This document shows positions 13,839-27,763 of a DNA stretch of 64,000 bases, one piece after another. Every line of letters begins with the position of its first letter. Position 1 is the stretch's first letter. The notes beneath the pieces are model-generated. The model did not search any database. It was not told the DNA's origin and was given only the letters and a program-made list of their open reading frames with translations. The DNA lies in contig NC_043009.1 in the NCBI RefSeq assembly GCF_006345805.1, positions 51,832,001 through 51,896,000 on the forward strand. The letters run 5' to 3'. A program made the translations under genes and the position numbers. The DNA comes from Octopus sinensis. Its lineage: Eukaryota.

Positions 13839-16800
13839 GGTTGTTCTTTGGAGATGTTTAATATAATGGCACCTGGAATGAAAAAGAATAATTACATAGA
13901 AAATACTACACTGCTGAAAACATATTAAGACGCTTAGATCAGAAATTTTGAAAACTACAACTGTCTGGATAATTTTAGTTTTTATTATAAGACAGTGTAA
14001 CATACTCTTACAGAAATTTAGCTGCTATTACTTCCATATAGAGAAATCTCTTGGAAGGCAAAATAATCTATGTTGCACTGATCATCAAAGTTTAATTCAA
14101 ATAATCATAATGGAATGATTGTAAACATTTCCAATGTTTCCCGGAGCTGGAAAATAATTCTGTTATCTCCTTTACGAATTGTAACAATGCCACTTTGAAT
14201 ATTTCTTGCAAAACTATTTCGATGCCATTCTTTCTCTCTTAAATTATGAGATTGCTCGATAGGTCATTGCAATCTCATAAATAAATTGTTTGTTTATGGA
14301 CTTGTATAATAACTTATATTGAAAACAGAAACAAACTGTCCGGAAAAACACATTATTAATGATATATTCCCGCATGAACCTTATATAATATTTTTCTTTC
14401 CATTGTATCCTTTTTCTATTTTCAGAGTAGATATGATTATCTTTATGATGCACAAACTGATTATCTGTACATACACTTTTGCAACTGTGTTGCAGATATA
14501 CGACATCTAACACAAGTATTTACTACATGACTTTGTAATCTATTATCCTAAGTATTTTGCTTTTATGACAATGTTATTTACTGATATCTATTTCATTGAT
14601 AATCGACTTCTTTGTTTTTTTTTGTGTTTGTTTTTTCAGAATCTTCAAATAATTCAAAAGTAAGCCAATATACCTTCCGTCCAACTATGTTCGTGGTTTG
14701 TAGATATTTTAAACACGGTAAGAGTAATTTTCAAATTAACATTGAATTAAGAAGCCTTTAGAAGTTAAGAATATTGTGACTTGAGACACAGTTTTATTAT
14801 ATACAAGACGATATTTCAAAACTTACGTATCCGAATTCTTTATGCATAGAATCTACCATAGATGTTAGTCGATTTTCATGGTGCGGTTGCTGCATTTTAT
14901 GTTTATTTCTTAAATTGAGGGAGCGAAAAATATTCTGCTTATTTTCTGTTTTATCTCACTTTCAATTCTAATCGAAAGTTGTCTGTCTTATAAATTGGGG
15001 ACTTATACAATGAACGTTTCTTGATACATTCTAACTACAAGTTGAACTTGATGCAATTTCTTTGATGTCTATTGATGAATTAAATGCACTTTCTTCGGTT
15101 TAATTTAGAGATACTTGACTGCTCTCTATAATAAACATGTTTTTACTGAGGAATTCCGTGTCGAAATGTGTGTTAGTGGGCAAAATAATTTCTCTGCTTA
15201 TTAAGCCATTAAATTTTTTACCATAACATTAATTTCAAAAATTGAAAATTAGGACTCTTAAAATTCACGTGAACTTGACAACGAATAGATTAAACGATTT
15301 TAGCTAAGTTTAAAGAAAATATTTTCGATCACTCGTTGACTTAATGAAAATATTTTTACTACTCTATAAATTAATTTAGGAGAGAAATATGATGTCTTCT
15401 TTTCAAGATATATCTATTTATATATGGCTAATATTATAGTAATAGAAACATAAAGCACAGAAACCTGATGTCATATAATAGCATCACCTAGTTTTTTTTA
15501 TTTCTTTATAAATGTGTTTCTAACGAGAACTAAAAGTTTTGATAGAAATTCGATAATGGAAGGCAGTTATTACGTTTTGGCAGCACTGTGGAAATTTTGT
15601 GGTTATTCAAAGCCTGAAGAACCCGGTGTCCCCAATATACGAGGTAAGGAAGGAGCGAAACAACTGACAATTTGAGAATTTCATGCGTATAGCAGCAACA
15701 TTTTTTTTTACCAACATTCGTTTATAAAATAGTCTGTGAGACATTTCGGTTTCAAGACCATTTTTCACAATGAGATGCTCAAAGCTAACATCGGATCATG
15801 ATCAACAATAGAGATAAAACATCCATATATTAAAAATGTCTTCAAATCTTGATTGAATTTCCAGCTATAAGGAATTGTTCGCTAAAACCTCCTATAACCG
15901 TTGTGTAAAGTTTTACATACAACATGGTAATGATAACATTGAATTTTCTCATTTAAAATAACAAATGACATGCTATGTGTCATTATGGGTCGTATTACCT
16001 CTTGAAACTGCAGAGTAGAATCATTAAAAATTATTTTCAACTTTTTTAATCATTTAGTCTTCATACTAAGTTTTAACATTGAAGATATTTTAGCATATTG
16101 TAAAACTATTTCTTTAGTTTGGACAAACAAAAGTCATTGAAAAGCTATTGTAGTTGTCAATATAAGAGCAATCTGTTGCATTCTTCTTCATTTCGACGCA
16201 CATTTTCCTGAAATTTTAATCTTCTTTTTCATGTATTATCTTCAATGCATACTAAAGCATCGAATGCAATTTTTTACAATGAGATATGCGGTGAATCTAA
16301 ATGGGATTTGGAGTTTCTTTTCCTAAATAAGTTATGTAATTCGGATAGCAACCACTCACAACCGAGAGATCTATTCTTATTGTTATCAATAAGAATATTC
16401 CTTTCACAAAAAAATGACTTATGAGGAAATTTAATGAGAGCCGCAACTTTTGTATCTGCCTCCATTTTAACAATAAAAGTGTATCCCCTCTTGGATTGCA
16501 TTAGCATTTCATTATTTAAACGTCTTCCATACGCCAAAATTCATGTCACGCCAATACCACTGAGAGATTCATCTGTGTGTATGAATAATACTCAGTCTCA
16601 AAGCGTTTTCCATTCTTTGCTACTTCTCCGTTCCAAATTTTAGTGACTTCGGTTACCTTAAACAATAAATTTAAGCGAGACTTTTGTAGTTTTACGATAC
16701 ATAATTGATAACAGCTCATTCACTATTGATGCCATCAGCGATTCAACGACACTGTGTTGCGTGTTGCTTCTGGATACGAGACCATTTAATGGAGATTGAT

Positions 16801-17404
16801 AATGGCAACGATTGTCGCAATTGCAGTTGTTTCAAGAAAATTTTCATGGAAATTTTGCAATAGTAAATGGCTTTCATCTATTTTCCTGTTGAAATGCATT
16901 TTGCTTAAATGGTAACTGACAGTTTTATAGCTATATTTGTGAATGTCTGCATACGAAAAAGAGAGCTGGATCTGTCCATGGCGAAATAAATCCCAAACCA
17001 AGACAATTGACCGATAATTCTGTAAATATTTTAAATCATTACGGGATCAAAATAACAGGAAATGTAATAGTATGTAATAATACTCTTTATTTGTTAGAAA
17101 ACACTATGCAATATTAAAGCTTATTTGAAAACACGAATTGTCTTTGACTTTTATTTCTAGTTTCAAAATGTTAGCTGTTACCCTCTTAGTTCAGCCACAG
17201 AAAGAAAACTGCATTATTCTATAGTCAGGAAGCCTGTTGTTTCTACTATTATCGTTACAACCAATCTCACATGTTGCCAAATTACACGTTTCGCCAATAG
17301 TCTTATCGAAATTCTCAGTTAGTTTCCGTCTTTCCGCATTTCATATGAATAGTATTTCAAGTCAAGTCGAACACCCATGAAGTGCGTCAATGGAGCCCGG
17401 TCCA

Positions 17405-17617
17405 CGATGGGGTCCTGAAAAGCTCCGGACTTTAAGGGTATCGCGAAAGGCCTGGTCGGATGCCCAAATGTCCGAGATCTGTTTCAGGGCTTAGGATAAC
17501 TGAAGGATTGCTGCAATAAATGCGAGGAGCAGAGAGGGTAATATATTATATCAAATCTTAACTGAGCCTCCAGTATTTTCTTGTACCCAAAGACAAGAAC
17601 TTTTCAGCCTACCATCG
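17405..17617 (+). mobile_element. Mariner-derived MITE (copy 1)
   Basis: TIR-like ends ctgaaaagctccggacttt / aaagacaagaacttttcag, followed by TA. Homologous to 17991-18205. Confidence 0.7.
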
Positions 17618-17990
17618 TACATGATTAAAACATATACAATACCGAACGCAGCCTGTCGAGGCCTACTAACAGGTGCTAGTTTTGCGGGTGCAGAATATTC
17701 GCGTAAAGTCTTTCAGTTATCTCAACCGACATGCTTCTACATGAATATGTGTGTACCTATTTATCTTCGTATGAACACAATTATGCGTAAATAACATGTA
17801 TAATTACAAGCAAGGTATGTATTTATGACAGTGTCATATGTGTATGGTTGCTTTTAAATATCAACTGTATTGCATGAAATCCAGCACGTATCGAGGTTTA
17901 CATGGTAAGAATGAGATAAGGATATAAGTAGAGAAAATATAAAAAACAAGGAAACTAATTGGCCTATATGCATCCACACTCACATAGATA

Positions 17991-18205
17991 CGAGGGGATT
18001 GCTGAAAAGTTCCTGGCTTTAAGGGTATCGCGAAAGGCGTGGCTGGAGGCCCAAACATCGAGTTCTTTTACACGGGTTAGAAAAACTGTAGGACTGGTGC
18101 AACAAGTGCTTGAATCTGGGAGGATAATACGTTGAATAAAATTATAATTAACTGCTCCTCTAGTATTTTCTTTTGCCCATCGCTAAGAACATTTCACCAC
18201 TCTGG
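17991..18205 (+). mobile_element. Mariner-derived MITE (copy 2)
   Basis: TA-cgagggg..gctgaaaagttcctggcttt ... aagaacatttcaccactctgg-TA. It retains a transposase C-terminal remnant (..CNKCLNLGG*YVE*). Confidence 0.75.
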
Positions 18206-18251
18206 TATATACATGTGTGTGTGTGTGCGTGTGTGTATGTGTGTGTGCTTG

Positions 18252-18282
<31 letters not shown>

Positions 18283-18398
18283 TACATGTATTATATATAT
18301 ATTATATATATATATAGGTCCCGGGTTGAGTCGGGGTTAACCACAGTAAATAAGGTACTCAATACATAGCAGAGTAAAGTAATTTATTTTATAGAAGA

Positions 18399-18449
18399 AG
18401 CTTCTACAGGACTAGAACTGTTTCATTCAGATGAAATCTTCAGGAAGCT
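18399..18449 (-). ncRNA. Type I hammerhead ribozyme (left arm of the palindrome)
   Basis: agcttc CTGAAGA T TTC-atct-GAA T GAAA CAG-ttctagtc-CTG TA / gaagct. It has a 6-bp stem I, a 4-bp stem III and a GUA site. Confidence 0.75.
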
Positions 18450-18495
18450 CCTGAAGATTTCATCTGAATGAAACAGTTCTAGTCCTGTAGAAGCT
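18446..18495 (+). ncRNA. Type I hammerhead ribozyme (right arm; bulged stem I)
   Basis: agctc CTGAAGA tttcatctgaat GAAA cagttctagtcctg TA gaagct. Confidence 0.6.
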
Positions 18496-18514
18496 CCTTC
18501 TATAAAATATATAT

Positions 18515-18547
<33 letters not shown>

Positions 18548-18630
18548 TTGTGTGCGTTCTGATTCTACTTCGCGGATTTTGAACTATAGCGGTTTTTTGG
18601 GAACGTAACACGCGATAGTCAAGGGATCAC

Positions 18631-18670
<40 letters not shown>

Positions 18671-19065
18671 GTGTTGTGTGTGTGTATGTGTGCGCGTGAG
18701 TGCGTGTGCATGTATGTACCATGTGTAAAAGACGTTGATGATAGATGCACGATTCTGGACACACAAATATCTTATCGTCTTTATCAGTTCATTTATTTTT
18801 ATTTGTTTATATAACTATTAATTCATTTTCCTTTTATTCTCTTGTTCTCTTTGATATCATCAATTTCTTACACGGGTGTGTTCTGGATACACGGTTTATT
18901 ATGGATTTGTTTGTTTTTTAAATCATTGGTATACCAATGAAATAATACGCACACCTTCAACGAGGTTTTTATATTTTGTGAAATTAGTTTTTTTCTTTTT
19001 TTGTAAATTGCTTTAATGATCGACCTAAAGAGTCGGTAATTTCCAGTATTGGTATCATAATACGG

Positions 19066-19190
19066 ATTCTATGTACTCTTTCGTATATTATAGAAAAATG
19101 TTCCAGCAATAAACTTCTGATTAAGCGTCGATGAAACAATTGTAGAATTATGTAATAGAGTGTGTTGCTCGCTCCAATCTTCTTGGTAAT
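19066..19190 (+). mobile_element. Decayed relative of the 6070-6852 element, hammerhead core deleted
   Basis: Shares attct(g)atgtactct, ttcg...cgatgaaacaattgta, tagagt and tgctcgct..ttcttgg with 6503-6640, but lacks actgacga. Confidence 0.55.
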
Positions 19191-19702
19191 GTTTATATAC
19201 ACTCTATAGTTATTTGCGGATTTTCAGAGATATCATCCGTGAAGCGATACAGATTCCTTGATTGTTTTTATCTGATAGCCGATACATAAACAACCATGCG
19301 TCTATATATCTTTGAAAATGTGTTCTTGCATATCTGTGAGTATGTAAGCATATGTGTAGCTGTACCAGCTTGCCCGTCTGTGCTATTGTCCTCTTTTTTT
19401 ACTTCATGTCAATAAGATATATCGTTTTACCAGTTTTGTTAAGGACATTTTTAATTGCACTATGAAATAATTTCTGTAGACTCAACTGAAAAATCTAACA
19501 AAGTTTGCAGATAATAGAAGAAATTTTGGTTATGCATTTACAGGGATATATTCTGCCTCTTCGCAATGATGATAATGATGGCACTCCTACAAATAAAACA
19601 CACCAATCCCTCCAAGGAGAAACACACAACACATTTATATATTAATAAAACATACAGTCAAACAAACGTATATGAATTCTCACTAATTCATTTATCCTGC
19701 GA

Positions 19703-19950
19703 AAGCGCGTGGCTTAGTGGTTAGGGATATTGGACTCCTGATCGTAAGATTATAGTTTCGATTTATAAAGCGGGCGATGCGTTGCGTTCATGAACAAAAC
19801 ACTTAATTTCACGTTGCTCCATTCCTCTCGGCTGGCAAAAATGAATAATCATTCGACGCACCGGCATCCCGTCCAGCTTCGGAATGAAACTGTGAAACCG
19901 CCATGAAAGCAGGAAACCAGCCCTTGTGAGTCGGCGTGACTCGAGAGGTT
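19703..19950 (+). mobile_element. tRNA-derived SINE (family C-related)
   Basis: Box A-like gtggcttagtggttaggg and box B-like gtttcgatt, with a non-tRNA tail. Confidence 0.65.
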
Positions 19951-20179
19951 TTTTTTTTTACAACTCATATACCAAAAAGAATGACGTTAATAGACAAAGA
20001 TCGAAAGACTTAATTTGATTACTTGATCTTCCAGAATACCTGCCCACTCTCCTTCTAGTCATTCTCTTCTTCTTATGGAAATACTTTGACGTATCCCGAG
20101 GTATAGTTTTCATCATGTCATACTTCGATGCGGTTTTTTTCTTGGTGTATAATTTGCTGAGGTTGCAACACCTAAAGCC

Positions 20180-20375
20180 ACTCATCCCCACTGAACGAGA
20201 CACCAGTCCAACTCAAAGTCAACTTCTCATCTTTGTGGGAACTCTTTGAGAGTTGATTCTACTGGTGTAATCGGAAATGAATTGTTTTGCTCAAGATCAC
20301 TGTGTAGACTCGCTTTGCGAATCGAAACTACAATCGTAAGATCGTAAGTGCAACACCCCTAACACTAGGTCACGT
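20180..20375 (-). mobile_element. tRNA-derived SINE (family C-related)
   Basis: Minus strand reads acgtgacctagtgttaggggtgttgcac...gtagtttcgattc...cttgagcaaaac. Confidence 0.6.
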
Positions 20376-21349
20376 AACTGCCTAAAGTTAAGAGAAGATA
20401 TTAGATAACTGAATGTTCGGCCCCCGAGTCAGTGTTAGACTGCTCTACACTAGAATTCACTAGATTGTTGTACTGCTCGGTAAGTGCTGAGCAAAAGCTA
20501 AATAACGAAACGAAAAACGATTTCAGTTAAGAAATTCTCACTCTCCACGTCATATGATTCTAAAGTAATTTTTTTTTTTCTTCTGCTACAGTATGATAAA
20601 TGACCGAGTTTTATGTAATATAACAAGTTACATATCGACTGGAGATTCTGAAATCTTCCTATAAGAGTCTTGAACCATATTAGTATTTCAATAATGTTTC
20701 ATTGCAGAGCCTTGTAAGTGATCGCCATCTTTCGTGAACCCCGCCAAGCAAAAGTAACTTATTTTCCTTAAGCTGTTTATAGAAATGACAGTATAGCTCG
20801 CAAAATTTATTACGAAACAGGCAAATATATAATTGAAAATGCTTTGTTTTACTCAGAGCTCTACGCATCACATATACACAATCGCATACACTATCACAAT
20901 CGCGCACAACAGTGTCCAAAAGGACACGCCAAGAAAAACATTGAGTAAACACATAATGCTAACAAACGAAATAACACACAGTCTAACAGACGGAAAGGAG
21001 TTTATCAATAATCCCTTACATATTTATGTATCTGATACTTAGACATAAAAATGGATACGTATGCATGCATGTTTTACGCATAAACGCGCTCGCACGTGCA
21101 CGCTTATGTATTTGAATATATATATATATATATATATATAAATACATACACACATAAACATGTATTAATATCTACAGTTATCAATCTCTCTACATGTCTG
21201 CGCATGTAGGGTGGGATGTGTGCGTCTGTATCAATGTGTCTAATGTATCTATCTATAAATATATTTTTACACAAATACATACATATATACATACATACAC
21301 GCATATTTATATATGTGCACATGCATATGCATATATTTATACATATATA

Positions 21350-21400
<51 letters not shown>

Positions 21401-23689
21401 ACTGTGTATGCATATGAGCTTAGATATATGTATGAATATGTATGTGTGTGTTTTTGTGAGTGTGTGTGTATGTGTCTATATGTATATATATATGTATATA
21501 TATATGTATATATATATACATACAGCGAGGGAGAGAGAGGTTAAAGGGACATTTGAAATAATATTAACATACAACTGTATACACCCATACACACATACAA
21601 ATACATACATGCTTACATAATTATTTGCATACATATATACTTTTCGATACATTTATACCGAGATGTACAAATACATGCGTACATAAATCCATACGTACAA
21701 TATCATATTATACATACGATATAAAATATGGATAAAATATCTCCTTTATCTTACATCTCCAAATACAGATTCTTTTCATTGCACAGCTTTAATATGAAAT
21801 ATCGTTTTTCATTTACTTGTTATTTATCTGAGATGTTTGTATTGCATTGTTTTATTGCCATTTTTGGGGAGGTCTTGGATAAGCACTCATATATATAGAT
21901 ATAATTATAGATATAAATATGTACGCATGTATGTGGAAATTTGTATATATGAAAATGCAAATTTACGTGTGCGTAGGTATGGCGTACATATACACATATT
22001 TGTGTATGTACACTGTATATACATGTATATGTATATCTATGTGTGTGTACGTGTATGAATAGTGTGTGTGTTTGTGTGCATGCGTGTCATGGGAACGACG
22101 TATAGAAGCAGTACAATACACTACATTGACATCTTGGAATATTTAGTACAAAATAAAAATAAAAATATAGATACATATAATGAGAATTCACTAAAACGGA
22201 AAAAATAACCTCTACCTATGCAGGATAAAGATATGCATCGACTCTAACAATTTTTCCGTTCTGCTCACCTTTTTGCACTCCGTGTAGGTCCGAAATTGTT
22301 AAGAGCTGAAATGCCTTGAATAATGTTGAGCGAGATAGGTCAGTCAGCTGTTGTTGCTCCGTTGTCTTGGTGAATCAATCACCTATTTGTCAAGTGTCAA
22401 GATTCGTTTTGTTCTCAAGCTATTTTCTCTTCAAGTCATCAAATATTTAATCGGTCATATTTTGGGCCCTTCCTCAGAAGAGGAACTCCAGGAAGTGCTA
22501 TTCGGGCAATATGGATTCCGGGAGGGAAGACAGACTTTCATGAAATTTTTGTTTAGATATACTTCTGTATTTCCACATCAGTGGGTTTTTTTATTAATAT
22601 AATTTCCCTTTTCTTCACTTTTCATATCCTCCCGTGCCCACCAGACAATCGGGTCGTGGTACTACTCATAGTCCGTACTCAGTTTTGTGCTGAAGGAAGA
22701 CTTGTTTATTTTCTCGTACATCGACACTCCTTGCTATGGATGTAGCTTGTTCTAGCCTTTCTCTGAACTATGCTGCCCATTCAACTAGTAACAGCGTTAA
22801 TTGTAATTCTGCTCATCACCTCTTACGATTAATTACTGTTAGCAAGGCTACTTTCCATGCCCTCTGCTAACATCTACTTATTGTTTCAGTCCTCTTGAAG
22901 TCAACTTTGTTTTTGTCCTTTCATGGTCGATAAATAAAATACCAGCATTTAGGGGTAGATAATAAGAAATCATTAAAGCGAGGGGTATGACGCGTTGTGG
23001 TGAATTCTTCCGTTCTCTGCGTTGTAAATTCAAAATTTCATATGGCCTACCACGCTGGTTGATTAATCCGTCACTCAACTAACATCAGATTGTATGCTAT
23101 TAGCAGGGGTCATTCTGTTGCATGCATTCCAGTTAGACCCACTGTTTAAGGATTTCTCTTCCGTCCTCTCACCAGTAAAAAAAATCATTAGTTCTGCTAT
23201 ATTCTCTAATAGAACTCTCCACATCTCTGAGTACAATATTAAAGTAGTCTTGTTCACACAAACACACATCCATACACAAGCAGATAAATTCATCGTGTAA
23301 ACTGTCACTACCTTAACTGACACAACTTATCCACTCATTTTCCTTTATATTGAGCAAAGTAAAGTCGCTACTTTTTGCCCCACATCATTAACAAATCATG
23401 CAATATTGCTGCTGTCTTCTTCTTCTTATCAGGACTCACGCCATAAGCCACAAAGAGTAATCTCTAATTCGAGCCTACTCTAAGCTACTAAGAATGCGTG
23501 TGGCAACTTGAAGATCCACCCAACACACGCGATATACTGGCGGTTGCACGGGCGCGAGCTACGTTGTTATCCTCATTCCGTAAACGGGGGCTTTTAACGG
23601 GTGGATCGCTGAACCATACTGGGATACAGAAGATTCGCAATCTAGACTAGGGTCTGAGGTTTACCACACAATAGTGAGTTACACCATGA

Positions 23690-23907
23690 TTCCTCTGCTT
23701 TGTGGCAGAAGTAGAAAGAAAGAGTGAGAGAAAGTTGTGGGGAAAGATACAGCGGGGTTCCCCCACCCCATCCCACCCGCACCCGAGACTCGTGGAGCTT
23801 AGGTGTTTTTGCTCAATAAACACTCACAATGCCCAGTCTGTGAATCGAAACCGCGTTCTTACGACAGCGAGTCCGTTGCCCTAACCACTGGGCCATTGCA
23901 CCTCCAC
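23690..23907 (-). mobile_element. Family C SINE (tRNA-Arg-like head)
   Basis: Matches 50411-50798 (gtggaggtgcaatggcccagtggttagggc...gtgtttattgagcaaaaacacctaagctccacgag). The tail may extend further left. Confidence 0.85.
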
Positions 23908-24079
23908 TGCTGCTATTTTTCTTTTGTAATTGAAATTTCCAATTCTATTCATTTTGGGCAAGCATAGGTATCCGAGTTTGTTGTTTGATTATTTTCTTTT
24001 CGTTTGAAAATAAATCGAGACCGTGTTTCTGAATACGGCTTCTACCTCTGTGGTGAACATCTTGAATAAGCAGCCCGAA

Positions 24080-26240
24080 GGCAACTACATTCTTATTACC
24101 CTGCTAAATAATCCTTTGAATGCCTCCTCAGTGCAAACGTAGCAGCAGCAATAAAATGAGTACTTAAAAAAGAAAGTCAGATCTGTTTATTTAGGAATAT
24201 CATATTTCAAGCAAACCACATAAAAAACCGGACAGGCAACACAAACAAATAGTAAAAGGTAGCTCATTACTCTCAAGAATGTAACAATAACAAACCAATA
24301 CAGCTAATTTAAAGTGGACAATATTACGAGAAATATAGTAGCGGACTCTCCCCACCCTCAGAACGAAATGGTGTTTCCGTAATCAAAGATTTCCTACAAC
24401 TGATGTTCCCTAAATGTCAAAAAATGATGCTATCTAATATTTTAACAAATTAATCTCCTCGACACCTAAAAAAGATTAATGCAGCTCGAATGGCAAGAAG
24501 GTGAGAACTATTCTGCAGGGGGAAATGACAGGATTAGATATCATAATGTGCAGGTTTGTAGGAAACAATGCACACAACCTCTAATGTCTTTTGGGAACTT
24601 TTAGCAACACGGGACTTATCTGAGATGCAGGGAAAAAAAGGAACTTGAATATGCTACTACCCCAAGCAACAGTGAGTCTATTTGGCGGAACTGGTAATAT
24701 AGTGTCAGAGGTCTGCATTACCGAATTTTAACTGCCATAGAAACATATTTTTGGCTCAGAGAGAAAACAATCAGATTCGCCAAAAACTGAAGAAAACGTT
24801 AAAAAGTAAAGGCATGTGATTTTGACGCCGAGTAGTAAGTAAATAACATTGTGATGAATAAATGAATATTAAGAAAAATCCGTCTGCTTACAAGGCTGCA
24901 GGTGGGAAAATGTAAAAGGCTCTTATTTATGCAGAGGCCAATTACTAAACGGCAAATAACCATGTTTAAAGATTGTAATAGGGGAAAATAATGATGGAAA
25001 CATAGCAAAGATTGACTGTTGGAAAGCTTTCGGCAATGTCATTTACTCTTCGATCCATCAGCCTCAACTAAGGCTGCGTCAATAATAAGCAGATATATGA
25101 AGCAGCTCTAAAGTGCAAGTGGCAATCAACATTGCAAGTATAAAAACGAGAGAATTAAAACTATGTAGATATTCTTCCTCTACTTAGTTAACACCTTTTA
25201 GCAACATACTGAAATTCCTTGTTTGTTTAGTTCCTTTACACGACATATTTAATTTGGTTGAAGTAAAATACGAATGCCACGGTTACTCAAACACTCAGTT
25301 TTGCATATAGATGACCCCAAGATATAGAATATAGCAAAGTAGCAACTAGAAGTCATATTGAAGAGTATGAAGTAAATTCATTTCCAATTACCAGAAATAT
25401 GAGCTGAGACAAATTTGAAGAGATAGGAAATCGCTTATGAGCATTAAGGTGTCATTAGGTAAGAAAATTCGAGAAAATGTTTACAGGATATTAGTAGTCA
25501 ATGCAGTAGACAGAATAAAGCATATACAAAGAAAATTGAAAACATAGAACAGGATTATTAGAGAAATGTTAATTGAATACATAAAACAAAAGTAAATGGA
25601 TAGACAAAAGATAATAGGATTCGTTACTCTAGTTTTTCTAGAAAGAGATTATAGATAAAGTTTTAGAATGGAAGACTAAACTGAAAAGCAATTATATTTG
25701 CTGCGTTTAAAATACACCATCTAAAATATGACATAAAAATGTGTATTTATCACCTAAACTGAGATGCAACACATTTGAAACTAAAGCTACAAATACCCAC
25801 TGTAGCACTTCAAAATGATACGAAAAAAGTAATTGTAGACAAATATAAATGCTTAAACAAAACAAAGAAACTACTTTGTGCTTTAAAGGAATCCAGCCAA
25901 CAGAGAAAAGATGCTGATATGACCGAGTGTTTCGAGGAGAATGTATAAAAACTAAAATTGCACAAACGTAAGGGAAAAAAATCTAAAGATAAATGGAGAA
26001 TGCCAAGAAAGCACTGAAGATGATGTAAATAGATATTGAAATATCACAGCAATAGCCGAGAATCATGGGATGTGATTCTAGTGATGAGGCAGATGGATGC
26101 TTGATTGCAGCATACAAGCAAAGCCATCCCAGCAGAATCATCAAAAGTACGTAAACAAGCAGAAAAGATTACGTAAAAATTGAACATAGGGAGTTGGAAC
26201 AATCAAAAACATACAATCACTGTGCGTAGAGCTTCACGTA
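24080..26240 (+). mobile_element. Heavily decayed non-LTR retrotransposon RT region (R4/Dong-like)
   Basis: Scattered remnants in the expected order: RQIT-CL-like (~24950-24970), LHIDD (~25300-25316, catalytic YxDD equivalent) and GCLIAAYKQ (~26095-26125, cf. GxLxAAQDQ). There is no open frame. Confidence 0.45.
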
Positions 26241-26615
26241 CATGACAGAACTTTAGTCAAGTGTCCATCTTCTCAAACAGCTAAACTTTTTTCTAAAAAC
26301 TAGAGCCTGCACATTGCTTCTTACATACAAGCTAACTGCGCATCATATTTTACTCTAAGACCCAAATTTCTCAATCCGTATTCACAATCTATCTTTTACT
26401 GCCCACGACAAAATGGCTGCTGAAATTTCTTTCCATAAAGTAGTCTTCATCTGCGACGACACAACTTTCTTTCCCTCCTCCTCTTCTGCCTTGCCATCCC
26501 CACCACCAGGACTTCAGTAACAACGATTTCAAGATCTCTATGGCTCGATGGTTTGCGCTCTCTTTTCCCAAATATACCTGTCACATCTCTTGGTCCTCGA
26601 ACTCCACAAAATACC

Positions 26616-26836
26616 TATTTCTTTACTACCCACAAGGGGCTAAATACAGAGAGGACAAACAAGGACAGACAAACGGATTAAGTCGATTATATCGACCCCG
26701 GTGTGTAACTAGTACTTAATTTATCGACCCCGAAAGGATAAAAGACAAAGTCGACCTCGGCGGAATTTGAACTCAGAACGTAGCGGCAGACGAAATACTG
26801 CTAGGCATTTCGCCCGGCGTGCTAACGATTCTGCCA
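26616..26836 (-). mobile_element. Deu/Nin-domain tRNA-derived SINE (family A)
   Basis: Reverse complement of gagttcaaattccgccgaggtcgactttg..tcctttcggggtcgataaattaagtac..., with the tail aaagaaata. Confidence 0.9.
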
Positions 26837-27718
26837 ATACCAGCATTCTTTTGACTTTATCATCTTTCCAATCACTATCCTTTCGTCATTTATCACCATC
26901 ACTATCTTCAACACTCACAAATTTTCATGGCTGTTACACTTGGAGACGGCTTGTCTCTCGCCTCCAACTATTAGGTAATCCCAACACACAGATCTCTTCA
27001 CTTCTGTCAATCCTTGTTCCTTCCTGCTCTCCAATTCTGCAATAACCACTTTCCGGAGTTACTGTTTATAATCACTTGTTGAGGTTATATCTACAGATAT
27101 TCTTTAGAAATTATAGCCCCCACTGATATTTGTTACGGCTTTTCCTATACTTTGTAGAATATTAAGGTTGCATGACAAAATGTCGCGTCCCTACAAGTAT
27201 TTAATCGCTTATAATCTTCTGCCTATTCATGATTTTGCTGCAAATTTTTGCCTATAAACGTTTAAGCGGACCACTAAAAATGTCTATCTCAACCTTACCA
27301 GTCACAGTGGACCTGTAAGTATCACAAAGGCACTGCTGCTGCCTCCAGATTATGAAAATACGCAAAAATACACACTCGCATCTATATTAATGTTATTTAA
27401 TTAAATAGCAAACAGTTATGTGCACTAGACATAAAGCATGGAGCACACGATATTATGTTATATCACAATTCACTTAAATGACAATTTCATGGAAAACGAC
27501 TAAGATTATTTTGGTGATGTTACACCAAGATAGGAACTATCATTCGACCGAAACATTTGTCGCAACAAATGGTAATATACACTCAAAGAAACGGAGAACT
27601 TATCTACAAATAAAGATCTGGTTATAGAGATAACGTTAGTGTGGGGTTGCAGGGAAAGAAGGAATACTATCTATAATTATTATAAGTTCATCCAAAATGG
27701 TACACAAACACGCAAAGT

Positions 27719-27763
<45 letters not shown>

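Larger units (their letters stand above)
18385..18509. repeat. Near-perfect palindrome (61-bp arms, 3-nt loop, 1 mismatch)
   Basis: tattttatagaagaagcttctacagg...cttcagga agc tcctgaag...cctgtagaagctccttctataaaata. Confidence 0.95.

Noticed and set aside
14610-14725. Strong polypyrimidine acceptor (ttttttcag) followed by gtaag donors
   Set aside because: The enclosed sequence gives no recognisable peptide, and such signals arise often in T-rich DNA. It cannot be supported without RNA data.
15640-17010. Possible decayed hAT-like transposase
   Set aside because: No unambiguous motif, TIR or TSD could be read.
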